Shown piece after piece: positions 8,393 to 18,058 of a stretch of DNA of 64,000 nucleotides. The stretch is from the IMG/VR virus record IMGVR_UViG_3300017716_001697, positions 32,001 to 96,000 of that record, one strand, 5' to 3'. Both the position numbers and the translations under genes were made by a program. Source of the DNA: a virus. Lineage: Duplodnaviria > Caudoviricetes. Position 1 is the stretch's first letter. Each line of letters begins with the position of its first letter. Under the pieces are notes generated by a model that worked only from the letters and a program-made list of their open reading frames with translations, was not told the origin of the DNA and did not search any database.

Positions 8393-8641
8393 ATGTTAAC
8401 AGTAATATGTGGTAATGGCGGCGATTACGAATGGGAGCGTGATAAATTTCTGTGGAGAACTTGGATCGAACAGAATGTAACATTAACGGGATTCGACATA
8501 GGAACAGATATGCTATGCGCAGCCGACCAAGCCAGTATTATATTTGACGATCCAGCGTTTGAGATAATATTTAAATTAAAAGCACCTATGTGGATAAGTT
8601 TTAGAGATGTAGATTTAACTGAGGTATCAGAGACAAAATGA
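8393..8641 (+). CDS. Hypothetical protein
   Basis: 82-aa ORF. Confidence 0.6.
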   Translation: MLTVICGNGGDYEWERDKFLWRTWIEQNVTLTGFDIGTDMLCAADQASIIFDDPAFEIIFKLKAPMWISFRDVDLTEVSETK

Positions 8642-9003
8642 ATATAATTTATGAAGATGACTACGGTACAGAAATATACAGTAGAGAATTAACAGTAGCA
8701 ATAGCGCCGCAGCCCGGCGATACCGTAGTAATTGATGACGAAGATTATAGGGTAAAATCTAGAGCCTTCTATCCTTCAAACGATACACTTGTTGTCACTG
8801 TTACTCAAAATATGGTTAGGTCTGGTGTAACTGAAAATGCTGATAGCGGTAGACACAATGAGATGAAGCATGCTATACTTGCGTTAAGTAAAAGGCAAGA
8901 TGCATCTGAAAAGAAGAATCGTGCATTAAACGAACAAATTGTTACAGTCAGAAAACATGTAAACCAACAAATACGTAAGGATACCAAAGATGGCAACACC
9001 TGA
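8638..9003 (+). CDS. Hypothetical protein
   Basis: Coupled ORF with C-terminal coiled coil. Confidence 0.65.
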   Translation: MNIIYEDDYGTEIYSRELTVAIAPQPGDTVVIDDEDYRVKSRAFYPSNDTLVVTVTQNMVRSGVTENADSGRHNEMKHAILALSKRQDASEKKNRALNEQIVTVRKHVNQQIRKDTKDGNT

Positions 9004-9175
9004 TAAGAATTATAGAATGTCTCGTTCCGCAAAAACAAAGATTGCATTGATGTGCAAGAATTCGCAAGAACGAAATCATTTGAAACGTATGTTGATTGAT
9101 GCAGAACTTTCTGCAGAAGCAGCACGTAGAGCTTCGTTGAAGTCTAAGGGAAATAAAACCAAAGACGGTGAGTGA
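8990..9175 (+). CDS. Small basic hypothetical protein
   Basis: AAGGA RBS; 61 aa, Lys/Arg-rich. Confidence 0.65.
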   Translation: MATPDKNYRMSRSAKTKIALMCKNSQERNHLKRMLIDAELSAEAARRASLKSKGNKTKDGE

Positions 9176-9463
9176 AGATTAATGGAATAAGTATGCTAAA
9201 TGGTCTAGAACATTTAACCGCCGAATCTAAACAAATAAACACAGATTCTTACTTAATTCTATTACTTAATAACAAATGAGAACGTATACTAGATGCTGTA
9301 TATGCATGTAGTCTTATAATAATACTAAGCTGGTATATTATTCTACTAAAATTTGTTATGTGATAAATAAACTTACAGTATGCGCTACAATAACCGCCAA
9401 AGTATAATATGCAGACGGACGTAAGCCAGAGTATAAATGATATATCCTACTGTAAAAATTAAT

Positions 9464-9539
9464 GCTGATATGGCGCAGTTGGTAGCGCACATCTTTGGTA
9501 AAGATGAGGTCATCGGTTCGACTCCGATTATCAGCACCA
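9464..9539 (+). tRNA. tRNA-Thr(GGU)
   Basis: 76-nt cloverleaf; CATCT-TTGGTAA-AGATG; CCA end. Confidence 0.93.
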
Positions 9540-9584
9540 TAAATGCAATCAACAAATCAGCATTCAAAGATTTGTTTCTATGAC

Positions 9585-9685
9585 GGTTTGTAAGTGTGTT
9601 AACGATCAGAGTTCACCGTCCTTGCTCTGATGTTGGATGAAGAGGGTGTGCTGGTACCACACGTATAAGACCTTAACACGTAACC
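9585..9685 (+). ncRNA. Three-way-junction structured RNA between tRNAs
   Basis: GTGTTAA/TTAACAC, ATCAGAG/CTCTGAT and GTGTG/CACAC helices. Confidence 0.4.
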
Positions 9686-9697
9686 AACAGGATTTAT

Positions 9698-9775
<78 letters not shown>

Positions 9776-9796
9776 ATAACAAAGTTAAGTAATAAT

Positions 9797-9880
9797 GCGA
9801 GCGTGGTGGAATGGGATACACGATGGTCTAAGAAGCCATTGCCGCAAGGATTGAGAGTTCGAGTCTCTCCGCTCGCACCA
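9797..9880 (+). tRNA. tRNA-Leu(AAG)
   Basis: Perfect GCGAGCG/CGCTCGC acceptor; ATGGT-CTAAGAA-GCCAT; long variable arm; CCA end. Confidence 0.88.
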
Positions 9881-9885
9881 TCGAT

Positions 9886-10149
9886 ATGTCACATACAATT
9901 CAGTCAAGTCTAGATTGGTCACGAGTAGAAGCTGATCTAATGCATCAAACATACGGATTAAGATATAGAGACGATGTATGTTCCATGATACACAATATTC
10001 AGTATTCGATCACCGAATTATCTAAGGCAGAAGTGGAAGCACGCCACGGTCGCCCTCACAAAGCACGAGAATTATTAGTTAAGGTCAACCAAGACATAGA
10101 GATGGTTGAGAGTTATATTCTCGTCGCAGCCCTAATTGGCAAGGCTTGA
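9886..10149 (+). CDS. Hypothetical protein
   Basis: 87-aa ORF. Confidence 0.65.
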   Translation: MSHTIQSSLDWSRVEADLMHQTYGLRYRDDVCSMIHNIQYSITELSKAEVEARHGRPHKARELLVKVNQDIEMVESYILVAALIGKA

Positions 10150-10597
10150 CAAAAGTATAGCGTCCGCTTATACTGAGTCACAGGCACTAACGCCTATATA
10201 TATTATGCAAAATTACAAAAGGAACGTTATGAACGCAATCAAAATGAACAGGCTTGAGCTGCTAGAAATTGTGCAAGCAAACATGCTCAAACACACAACG
10301 GAATTCACTGAATCCGTTGTTGATTACAAGGCGCTGGTGTTGCAGGTTTGCACAACTAATCTCACATTGGCCACCACAGCATCCTTGACTGAATTTGCTA
10401 AAATCAAAGCAATGCCTACTACACCAGTTTCGTATGAATCGAGCTATAAACGCGCCATTCGTATGCTGGAGTTGTCGGTAGACGAAATCATTGAAGTAGA
10501 AGAAGATGTCTTCAATCAATTGGTGTTAGACGAGTGGGATTGGAAACGTAGTTTTACCGCTAGTACAATGTCGTACAAAGTCGGTAACGCATTTTAA
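10136..10597 (+). CDS. Hypothetical protein (true start probably a downstream ATG)
   Basis: ORF; a promoter inside its 5' part suggests a later start. Confidence 0.65.
   Translation: MARLDKSIASAYTESQALTPIYIMQNYKRNVMNAIKMNRLELLEIVQANMLKHTTEFTESVVDYKALVLQVCTTNLTLATTASLTEFAKIKAMPTTPVSYESSYKRAIRMLELSVDEIIEVEEDVFNQLVLDEWDWKRSFTASTMSYKVGNAF
10146..10174 (+). promoter_or_regulatory. Sigma70-like promoter
   Basis: TTGACA-17 nt-TATACT. Confidence 0.7.
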
Positions 10598-10615
10598 CAT
10601 TTAAGAAAGATCATC

Positions 10616-11125
10616 ATGGAATTTATTATTGGATTTTTGGCAGGATACATGTTGACATGGCCGGCATTTATTGTGCTATGCATTCTCGGTATCATCTTCG
10701 AAGCAAATGAGGCCCACGGCTGGGCAGTGTTTGTCGGTATGGTCACTGCCACAGTTGCATATTTCTTCTTCTCGTTATCACTTGCGGCAATTGCACTATA
10801 TGTAGCGGCATATTTTGCTGTAGGATTTATGTGGAGTTTCTGGCGATACAAACGTCATTGCGATAAGATTGTTGAAACTTACAAAGATTCTTCGAGCCAG
10901 CGCGATAAAGACGTTGCAATTGAATATATGCGCCCCACACGTATGCTGAATAAGATTACGACATGGGTTATTGTGTGGCCCTTTAGCATGATTGAAAATC
11001 TGGTTGGCGACATTATCAATGTTATTCAATCGGCAATCACTAAGTTCTTCAAGGGTGTCTATACACGTATCTTTGATAGCGCAGCAAGCAAATTGTCTGC
11101 ACCAGTTGTAACTACTGCGGAGTAA
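10616..11125 (+). CDS. Multi-pass membrane protein
   Basis: Several hydrophobic helices. Confidence 0.75.
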   Translation: MEFIIGFLAGYMLTWPAFIVLCILGIIFEANEAHGWAVFVGMVTATVAYFFFSLSLAAIALYVAAYFAVGFMWSFWRYKRHCDKIVETYKDSSSQRDKDVAIEYMRPTRMLNKITTWVIVWPFSMIENLVGDIINVIQSAITKFFKGVYTRIFDSAASKLSAPVVTTAE

Positions 11126-11126
11126 T

Positions 11127-11528
11127 ATGGTAAACAGCAAACAGGTTCTTGTGATGAAGAAATTCCCTAAGGCACTAAACATGCCTGTTGGGAAGTATGT
11201 ATCCCAGGGTGCCCACGCGAGCTTGGGTGCTGTCCTTAAAATGGGTAAATTGGACGAGTACGGGGATAATCTAATTATTCCATTGTACAACGTCTTTGTA
11301 CGCGATTGGTTGTTAGGTAGTTTTACAAAGGCTACTTTGTATGTGGAAACTGATGAAGAATTAACTGCATTATACCATGCTGCAAACAGCGCAGGATTAC
11401 CTACTGCACTTATTACTGATTCGGGCCGTACCATTTTTGCCGGTGTGCCGACTATGACTGCGGTAGGCATTGGCCCAGGCAGCGTAGAAGAGATTGATAA
11501 GATTACTGGTCATCTTAAATTGTTTTAA
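11127..11528 (+). CDS. pth2: Peptidyl-tRNA hydrolase, PTH2 family
   Basis: KQVLVMK, GKYVSQGAHAS and ITDSGRT..GVPTMTAVGIGP motifs. Confidence 0.9.
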   Translation: MVNSKQVLVMKKFPKALNMPVGKYVSQGAHASLGAVLKMGKLDEYGDNLIIPLYNVFVRDWLLGSFTKATLYVETDEELTALYHAANSAGLPTALITDSGRTIFAGVPTMTAVGIGPGSVEEIDKITGHLKLF

Positions 11529-11586
11529 CCATTTGCTATTTTTAGTAACACACAGTACATTTACATTGTCTCAGAAAGGACATATT

Positions 11587-12393
11587 ATGAACATTGAAGA
11601 ACTTGACGCTAAGAAGGCGAAATTGAAGAAGTGGCTAACTGTAGGCGGTATTGCGGTAGTAGGCCTAATTGTTAGTCCTATTATTTTCCTGTCAATCCAG
11701 GGACTAATCGGTCTTGCAATTGCAGGCGCAGTAGGTTTTACGGTAGTAAGTTTTGCACCTGTATTCGCAACAATGGTCACTAATGCAAAATACCGCGCAC
11801 TGGATGCAGAGAAGGTCCGTCATATCGAAAAGATTGCAGCAGCAGCTGACAAGAATCCTATCGAGACATTGCATGCATTGTTGATTGCTAAGAAGGCAGC
11901 ATTCCAAGATTTCAAGGCATCAGTTGAACAGGCAGTAACAGCTCGTGCAAACTTTAAGACCAAAGTTGCTAAGTTTAAGGAGAAGTATCCTGCTCGGGCA
12001 AACGAGTTCGAAACTCAGCTGGCACGAATGACTGATTTGGTAGAACGCAAGAAGGTGGCATTAGTAGATGCACAGAAGTCGTTAGCAGACGGCGATATGA
12101 AGCTTGAAGAAATGCAGGCATATTACGAAATGTCTAAGGACGCAATTGAGGCAAATCGTGCGGCAGGTATGGATACGGGCGACGCGTTCGAGAAGCTTAA
12201 AGCTGATACAGCATGTGATGCAGTGTTTGAATCAATGAATCTGGCATTTGCTCAACTTGAAGTAGCAGCAGCATTAGATGTAAATCCAGATGACACAGCA
12301 GTTAAACCTGCAGTACAATTAGCACATAGCGATGCAAATGTATTAGACATTAATTCGCTTACTGTTCGCAACACACAGAAAGTGAATGTATGA
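11587..12393 (+). CDS. Membrane-anchored coiled-coil protein
   Basis: GAAAGGA RBS before MNIEEL; two N-terminal TM helices, then a long coiled coil. Confidence 0.75.
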   Translation: MNIEELDAKKAKLKKWLTVGGIAVVGLIVSPIIFLSIQGLIGLAIAGAVGFTVVSFAPVFATMVTNAKYRALDAEKVRHIEKIAAAADKNPIETLHALLIAKKAAFQDFKASVEQAVTARANFKTKVAKFKEKYPARANEFETQLARMTDLVERKKVALVDAQKSLADGDMKLEEMQAYYEMSKDAIEANRAAGMDTGDAFEKLKADTACDAVFESMNLAFAQLEVAAALDVNPDDTAVKPAVQLAHSDANVLDINSLTVRNTQKVNV

Positions 12394-12533
12394 AAGAACG
12401 CTTAATTGGATTTATTTTTGTAATTGCTGTATTGTCAGCATTGTTTATGTTAACCGGCGGTGACACAGACAACAAACAGACAAAACCGCTACAAACTCAA
12501 CCACAAACAAAATTTAACTTTTAAAGGACACAC

Positions 12534-13475
12534 ATGAAAAAACTTATCCTGACTTCGCTTCTTGCATTGTCGAGTCTCGCAATGGCAGCACCAGCATCAG
12601 ATGGCCCAGCCGCTGAATGTGATGGTGTTAGCGTAGCAACTGGCCCTAAAGGCAAAGGCTATTCCTTACTATTTGCAGACGTTGCTAAAGTCTGTGGCGC
12701 CAAGGTTAATCTCTGCGAAGTTAACACAGCAGGTGGCCTTGACAATTTGAACGCATTGTCTACCAAAGACGCTGATATCGGATTTGTTCAAGTTGACGCT
12801 TGGGCTGATATGAAGAACGGCGATGAAAATATCGCAGCATTGCAAGCTGTGATGCCTGTGAACAGTAATTATCTGCATGTCATTACAGCAGCTAACGGAT
12901 TCTCAGTAGTTGGCGAAAAGAAGTTTGGATTTATGAAAGGTGACTCTAAGCAGGTTGTTATTTCTAGATTTTCCGAACTGCGTGGACAGACCGTTGCATT
13001 GGTTGGATCTGCGCAATTGCTAGGCCGTAAGCTCGATAAGCAACTCGGGTATGGTATGCAATTCGTTGATGCGAAAGATGATGGCTCTGCATTTGAAATG
13101 GTGAAGCAAGGTACAGTTGCAGCGGCATTCACAGTGTCTGGATGGCCCAGCGGTACGGTGAAGGTACTTACTCAGGCAAGTGGCCTAACTATGATTCCGT
13201 TTGATGCACCAATCGGCGAACCATACAAAGTCAAACCACTGAACTACAAGAACCTGGCTGTATACAACAGCAATGCATTGGGTGCACCTAACGTATTAGT
13301 TACCCGTCCGTTTACCGGGCAACGTGCTTCTAATATTGCAACCATTCAATCATGCATTACGCAGAACCTAAGCGAGTTGAAGGAAGGTAAATTTCAGCCA
13401 GCATGGAATGAAGTATCTGCTAATAGCTCGACAGGCGGTATTACACCATTCAAAGCCCCGTCAGGTAAGAAGTAA
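12534..13475 (+). CDS. TAXI-family TRAP transporter solute-binding protein
   Basis: Signal peptide; ATGPKGKGY, TAGGLDNLNAL, ADIGFVQVD and YLHVI motifs. Confidence 0.8.
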   Translation: MKKLILTSLLALSSLAMAAPASDGPAAECDGVSVATGPKGKGYSLLFADVAKVCGAKVNLCEVNTAGGLDNLNALSTKDADIGFVQVDAWADMKNGDENIAALQAVMPVNSNYLHVITAANGFSVVGEKKFGFMKGDSKQVVISRFSELRGQTVALVGSAQLLGRKLDKQLGYGMQFVDAKDDGSAFEMVKQGTVAAAFTVSGWPSGTVKVLTQASGLTMIPFDAPIGEPYKVKPLNYKNLAVYNSNALGAPNVLVTRPFTGQRASNIATIQSCITQNLSELKEGKFQPAWNEVSANSSTGGITPFKAPSGKK

Positions 13476-13491
13476 TTCTTACTAACCCACA

Positions 13492-13517
13492 GACGCCACT
13501 TGCATGCAAGTGGCGTC
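13492..13517. terminator. Perfect 26-bp palindrome / hairpin
   Basis: GACGCCACTTGCATGCAAGTGGCGTC directly after the TAXI gene. Confidence 0.55.
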
Positions 13518-13982
13518 GTCACGTATAATGCATGTATGGGCAAATTAATTACATTTAGTGAACTTAAAGAAAACGAGGGGCATCTAGTGCCGTGGTATTT
13601 CACTGATGCATATTATTCGGGTTATTCATCTCAGGATAGAGGGTATAAATTTAAATGGCCCAGCGAAGAGTTTCCATATTGTGTAGGAATACACGAAGAT
13701 GAAATAAAAACTAATAAACCGACTATTCGTAAATGGATTGAGCAGTACATACATGGGACTGTTATATATTCGTATGTAAGTAAAAGCTATAGAGTATGGT
13801 GGAGTAGTGACAAGGATAAAAGAAGTTGGGATTACACCTCTGAGATTATCAATAATTGGGAGTTATTTAATTTCGAGGATAGTGAATCTGCATTAGCATT
13901 TTCTTTGAGATTTAGTGATCTAGTTAGGGAAGTAACTGACGATCATCCTACCAAACACTACGGAGAAAGGTATGTGCGATAA
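13500..13982 (+). CDS. Hypothetical protein (true start likely near MGKLITF)
   Basis: Contains FNFEDSESALAFSLRF family motif. Confidence 0.65.
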   Translation: MHASGVVTYNACMGKLITFSELKENEGHLVPWYFTDAYYSGYSSQDRGYKFKWPSEEFPYCVGIHEDEIKTNKPTIRKWIEQYIHGTVIYSYVSKSYRVWWSSDKDKRSWDYTSEIINNWELFNFEDSESALAFSLRFSDLVREVTDDHPTKHYGERYVR

Positions 13983-14410
13983 TGTTTATTTTTTATAAAG
14001 AATTAACTCTGGACGAAGGCTTTGCTGTATTGGCAAAAGGTCGCGATGATAGAGAAGTAGATGGTGTGAAGATTTCTGCACCTAGCGGGGTTGCATTGTG
14101 GAAGACCTGCAATGAGGCAAATGTTAAAATGAAGTGCTGGTGTTGCGGTGTTGAGGCAGATCGGTTCATAGTTAAGCATCACAAAAACGATCGCAATAAA
14201 CCACCTGTTTTAGAACTATTTGCACACACAAAACACGCATTAGTAATGATGACACGGGATCATATTGTGCCTGTTAGCTTAGGTGGACACAACGATGTTG
14301 AAAACTTGCGCCCTGCATGCGAACCATGTAATAACAAGCGCAAGAACAAAATGGACACTGTAGATCAAGAGTTTATGGATAAGAATACACATCTTTGGAG
14401 TAAGAAATAA
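13982..14410 (+). CDS. HNH endonuclease
   Basis: CWCCG ... TRDHIVPVSLGGHNDVENLRPACEPCNNKR. Confidence 0.85.
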   Translation: MFIFYKELTLDEGFAVLAKGRDDREVDGVKISAPSGVALWKTCNEANVKMKCWCCGVEADRFIVKHHKNDRNKPPVLELFAHTKHALVMMTRDHIVPVSLGGHNDVENLRPACEPCNNKRKNKMDTVDQEFMDKNTHLWSKK

Positions 14411-14664
14411 TGGGACACTACGATAGCAGCTACGAAGCTGATGACGAAAGAATCGCTAAGAATAATTTACGGGCCGAAATGACAGCCAAGCGAAAATTGA
14501 TTAACGATATACGAATATTGCAAAATCAAATTATGAAGGCGAGCCACAGTGCACCTGTCCCTGACAGATTTGTTTGGTCGTTAGAGGATTTTGAACGCTG
14601 GGCAAATGAGGGCCTTGAGGAATTTGAAGAAGAACAAGTTGTAAAGAAATTAAAAGGTAAATGA
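14410..14664 (+). CDS. Hypothetical protein
   Basis: TAATG-coupled ORF. Confidence 0.6.
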   Translation: MGHYDSSYEADDERIAKNNLRAEMTAKRKLINDIRILQNQIMKASHSAPVPDRFVWSLEDFERWANEGLEEFEEEQVVKKLKGK

Positions 14665-14665
14665 T

Positions 14666-15688
14666 ATGGCAGAACGTAAAATGGCAACAATCCGTAAAAT
14701 TGCCGAAGTAAGAGCAATTCCGGAAGCAGACTTAATCTGTGCATACCGCGTTGATGGCTGGTGGGTAGTCGACACGGTAGGAAAATATAATGTAGGTGAC
14801 CTAGTGGTGTATGCAGAACCCGATGCATGGATTCCTACAGAACTTGCACCGTTCTTATCTAAGGGAAAGGAACCTCGTGTCTACGACGGAATCAAAGGTG
14901 AGAAACTTCGTACGGTGAAATTGCGTGGCCAAGTTTCTCAAGGGCTGATTATTCCCGCTGGCCGTTTTAACGCCGATCATAACGCTATGTATGTTGAGGG
15001 GTGCGATGTCTCCGCTGATCTTGGCATCGTCAAATACGATCCGCCAGTGCCTGCAGAACTGGCCGGCGAGATGAAGGGCAACTTCCCGTCATGCATTCCT
15101 AAAACAGATCAAGAGCGTATTCAGAACCTGTCCATTGAACTTGAGTTTTGGAAAGAACAAAACTTTACATGGGAAGTTACAGAGAAACTAGAAGGGTCGT
15201 CAATGACCACTTATCTAATTGATGGTGACTTCGGCGTATGTTCGCGGAATATGGATCTTAAACGCAACCTACAGAACACATTCTGGAAAGTAGCTGACCA
15301 ATTAAAGTTAGAAGAAAAACTTTTAACAGTTGGTAAAAATCTTGCAGTGCAAGGCGAATTAGTTGGAGAAAACATTCAAGGTAATATCTATAAACTAAAG
15401 GGTCAGCACTTCTATGTTTATGACATTTATGATATTGACACTAGCAAATATTACACTCCTATGCAGCGCAAAGAGTTTGTTACAAAGTGGGATATTCCGC
15501 ATGTGCCTGTTTATTCTATCACTGCAACATTAGGGACAATGAATGAAATTTTAGCTCATGCTGATGGCAAATCAGTAATGGGTGATATCACTGGCCCTAA
15601 TCGCGAAGGTGAAGTTTATAAATGCAACGAATGTGAAGCAAGCTTCAAAGCTATCTCTAATTTATATCTTTTGAAAGTAAAAGACTAA
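14666..15688 (+). CDS. RNA ligase, DRB0094/Rnl2-like family
   Basis: N-terminal RKMATIRKI OB-like domain; EVTEKLEGSS (motif I), QGELVGENIQGNIY and REGEVYK. Confidence 0.88.
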   Translation: MAERKMATIRKIAEVRAIPEADLICAYRVDGWWVVDTVGKYNVGDLVVYAEPDAWIPTELAPFLSKGKEPRVYDGIKGEKLRTVKLRGQVSQGLIIPAGRFNADHNAMYVEGCDVSADLGIVKYDPPVPAELAGEMKGNFPSCIPKTDQERIQNLSIELEFWKEQNFTWEVTEKLEGSSMTTYLIDGDFGVCSRNMDLKRNLQNTFWKVADQLKLEEKLLTVGKNLAVQGELVGENIQGNIYKLKGQHFYVYDIYDIDTSKYYTPMQRKEFVTKWDIPHVPVYSITATLGTMNEILAHADGKSVMGDITGPNREGEVYKCNECEASFKAISNLYLLKVKD

Positions 15689-16047
15689 TGAAAATACACA
15701 GGATGTTCAGGTCAAGTTTCGACAACCTAGCGGAAGTCGATGTTGACATGAAAGAAGCATTGTGGCTGTATATGTGTCACGGGATCGAGCCCGGCAGCTT
15801 TGGCATGGCAGTACTGCATAACGATTTCATGACAGCGGCATTATCCGCTCATCCTGCACTACCGGCATCTGTATTTAAAGGCTTAGCACAATGGTTGAAA
15901 TTTATGGCACCATATCAGTCGTATGGCAGCGAGCAGCAAGTTAAGAAATGGCAATCATTTACTGACGAACAGCGACGCGACTTTATGATTGAATGCTGTC
16001 TTCGACCATCTGTGATTCAGGTGCTGAAAGGTGAAGAGGTGGCCTAA
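15688..16047 (+). CDS. Hypothetical protein
   Basis: Coupled ORF with HGIEPGSF motif. Confidence 0.65.
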   Translation: MKIHRMFRSSFDNLAEVDVDMKEALWLYMCHGIEPGSFGMAVLHNDFMTAALSAHPALPASVFKGLAQWLKFMAPYQSYGSEQQVKKWQSFTDEQRRDFMIECCLRPSVIQVLKGEEVA

Positions 16048-16250
16048 TGTTATATCTAGTTACAGGCACGGTATACAAACGAAGCTACATGGACGAAGAG
16101 AGTGGTTCTGCCTTACAACAAAGAATAGTAGATGCATTTTCTGAAGAAGAGGCTAGGGAAAAATTCACAAGCCATTTTGAATCAAAATCATCTGATTACG
16201 AGGTGTCGTACCGTGTAAGAAACATAACAGCGTTTGAGACAATTTATTGA
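16047..16250 (+). CDS. Hypothetical protein
   Basis: Coupled ORF. Confidence 0.6.
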   Translation: MLYLVTGTVYKRSYMDEESGSALQQRIVDAFSEEEAREKFTSHFESKSSDYEVSYRVRNITAFETIY

Positions 16251-16275
16251 TAAATAGCATATCGAAGGATATGCT

Positions 16276-17040
16276 ATGATATTACAAGAGTTATTTGAAA
16301 CAACAGAAGAAGACAGGGCGTTAATCTCCCTGTCTTCCGCCATTTATGCAAAGCTACAGCCATATCAGGGCGGCAATCTCGATTATGAAAACATATTTGA
16401 TCAACCTGACCAACAATTAATTAAAATCGGCAAGATAGGTGATATATTTAATACGCCGCTTGAAGCACTGAACAATATTTCAATTGAAGTACAAGGTGGC
16501 GAACCATTCATTGAGCGTGCAAAAGATCCCGACGAAGTTGTTGCTGATTATGAGGGTAAACAATTATACGGATTCTATGAGGAAGATACTAGGACAGTAG
16601 TTCTTAATTTAGAATTGCTCGATAAGCAAAGAATGAAAACATCTATAACACATGAATTGCGTCATGCGTTAGATGAAATAAAATCCGGATCATTTCCGGG
16701 CGATGCCAAGGGGTATTTCACCCCACGCAAGAAGGAACATCGCAAAGATGATCCATACAGCACTACACAGTACCGTGCACAACCGGCAGAAATAAACGCA
16801 CGATTTGTTGAAGTGCTAGATATACTTTCTAAACGTATTCCTCAGTGGGTCAACAAATTACAGACAGCCGAAGTAAGACCAAAGATATTAAATGATCTAA
16901 ATCATTTATTTGTTAAGTATGAAATTGCAGATTTATTTCCGGAGAAATCACAATCCAAAGATTACAAACGATTAATGAAACGTGCAGCAGATTTCATAGA
17001 TAAAGAAATACAACATACGTCGAACAACAATCACAATTAA
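16276..17040 (+). CDS. HExxH metallopeptidase-like late protein
   Basis: THELRHALDE and Y..QPAEINAR; late promoter GATAAATA at 16249. Confidence 0.6.
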   Translation: MILQELFETTEEDRALISLSSAIYAKLQPYQGGNLDYENIFDQPDQQLIKIGKIGDIFNTPLEALNNISIEVQGGEPFIERAKDPDEVVADYEGKQLYGFYEEDTRTVVLNLELLDKQRMKTSITHELRHALDEIKSGSFPGDAKGYFTPRKKEHRKDDPYSTTQYRAQPAEINARFVEVLDILSKRIPQWVNKLQTAEVRPKILNDLNHLFVKYEIADLFPEKSQSKDYKRLMKRAADFIDKEIQHTSNNNHN

Positions 17041-17102
17041 GCTACGCTATTTCAAAATTGGTATTTTAAATAAATAGTTAATGATAATGTAGAGAGGATT
17101 CT

Positions 17103-17537
17103 ATGTCAGATGAAAGAGAAAAACCAGTACAAGACAATAGATCGGCAGAACGAGTCTTCGGCCGCCGCCAGGCTGATTTTGAAGAAGTGATAGATACCAA
17201 GACTAGAGTCGCTGTATTAGAAAAAATTGCCGAAAATCACGAGAATCGTATTAGTGATATGGAAGATTTCCACCGTGCGGTTGTCGAACGATTTGATCAG
17301 AAAATACAAATGGATGCAACCAATCAGATAATTATAGAACGCACACTAACCAAGGCTGTTACATCCATTGACACATTAGCAGATAGCCTTAAGACCGCGA
17401 TGACTGTAGCGAATAAAGCGAGTACGTTAGCATCGAAGCACGAAACAATCGGCCATACTGTATTGAAAATGGGCGGCTTGTTGGTATTGATTATCAGTGC
17501 AGCTTGGACAGCACTTAAATTCTACATCGGCGGATAA
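17103..17537 (+). CDS. Coiled-coil protein with C-terminal TM helix
   Basis: Hydrophobic C-terminus GGLLVLIISAAWTAL. Confidence 0.6.
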   Translation: MSDEREKPVQDNRSAERVFGRRQADFEEVIDTKTRVAVLEKIAENHENRISDMEDFHRAVVERFDQKIQMDATNQIIIERTLTKAVTSIDTLADSLKTAMTVANKASTLASKHETIGHTVLKMGGLLVLIISAAWTALKFYIGG

Positions 17538-17984
17538 GTGCTAACACAAATATTATATATATCTAAACACGATGGGTTAATAACTGACATAGAAAAATTT
17601 ATGGCCAGTAATCGTGAACGAAACAAATCAGCAGGACTTGCTAGTATATTATTGTCTACAGACAAATATTATCTTCATTTAATAGAGGGACATCGTGTTG
17701 ATGTTAATTATCTATATAATAAGATAACAAAGAATACTGCGCACCGTGATTGCACGTTACTTAGGTATATAGATGTTAAGAAACGTGAATTCCATAATTG
17801 GTATGCAGAGCATGTCAATATATCTGAATTTGAGATAGGCCACATGAATTTATTATTGCCGGCTGGTGACATAGACATAGAAACTATAACTTCAGCTCAG
17901 GCAGTTACAATGATTAGACGCATACATGCTCACCTTCTGGTAAAGCATCCGGTCACACCTATTGCATGGCCAGCCCACGATTAA
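17538..17984 (+). CDS. BLUF-domain protein (non-canonical residues)
   Basis: QILYIS ... N ... LHLIEG ... LYNKI ... H ... REFHNW matches the BLUF layout. Confidence 0.75.
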   Translation: MLTQILYISKHDGLITDIEKFMASNRERNKSAGLASILLSTDKYYLHLIEGHRVDVNYLYNKITKNTAHRDCTLLRYIDVKKREFHNWYAEHVNISEFEIGHMNLLLPAGDIDIETITSAQAVTMIRRIHAHLLVKHPVTPIAWPAHD

Positions 17985-18009
17985 TCCTATAAAACCACGG
18001 TTTTAACCA

Positions 18010-18037
18010 TTGACAGATAAATAAAGCACTGTATAAT
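18010..18037 (+). promoter_or_regulatory. Sigma70-like promoter with nested late motif upstream of the RNA array
   Basis: TTGACA-16 nt-TATAAT; GATAAATA at 18016-18023. Confidence 0.7.
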
Positions 18038-18058
18038 ACAATTTATACATTTTACAAA

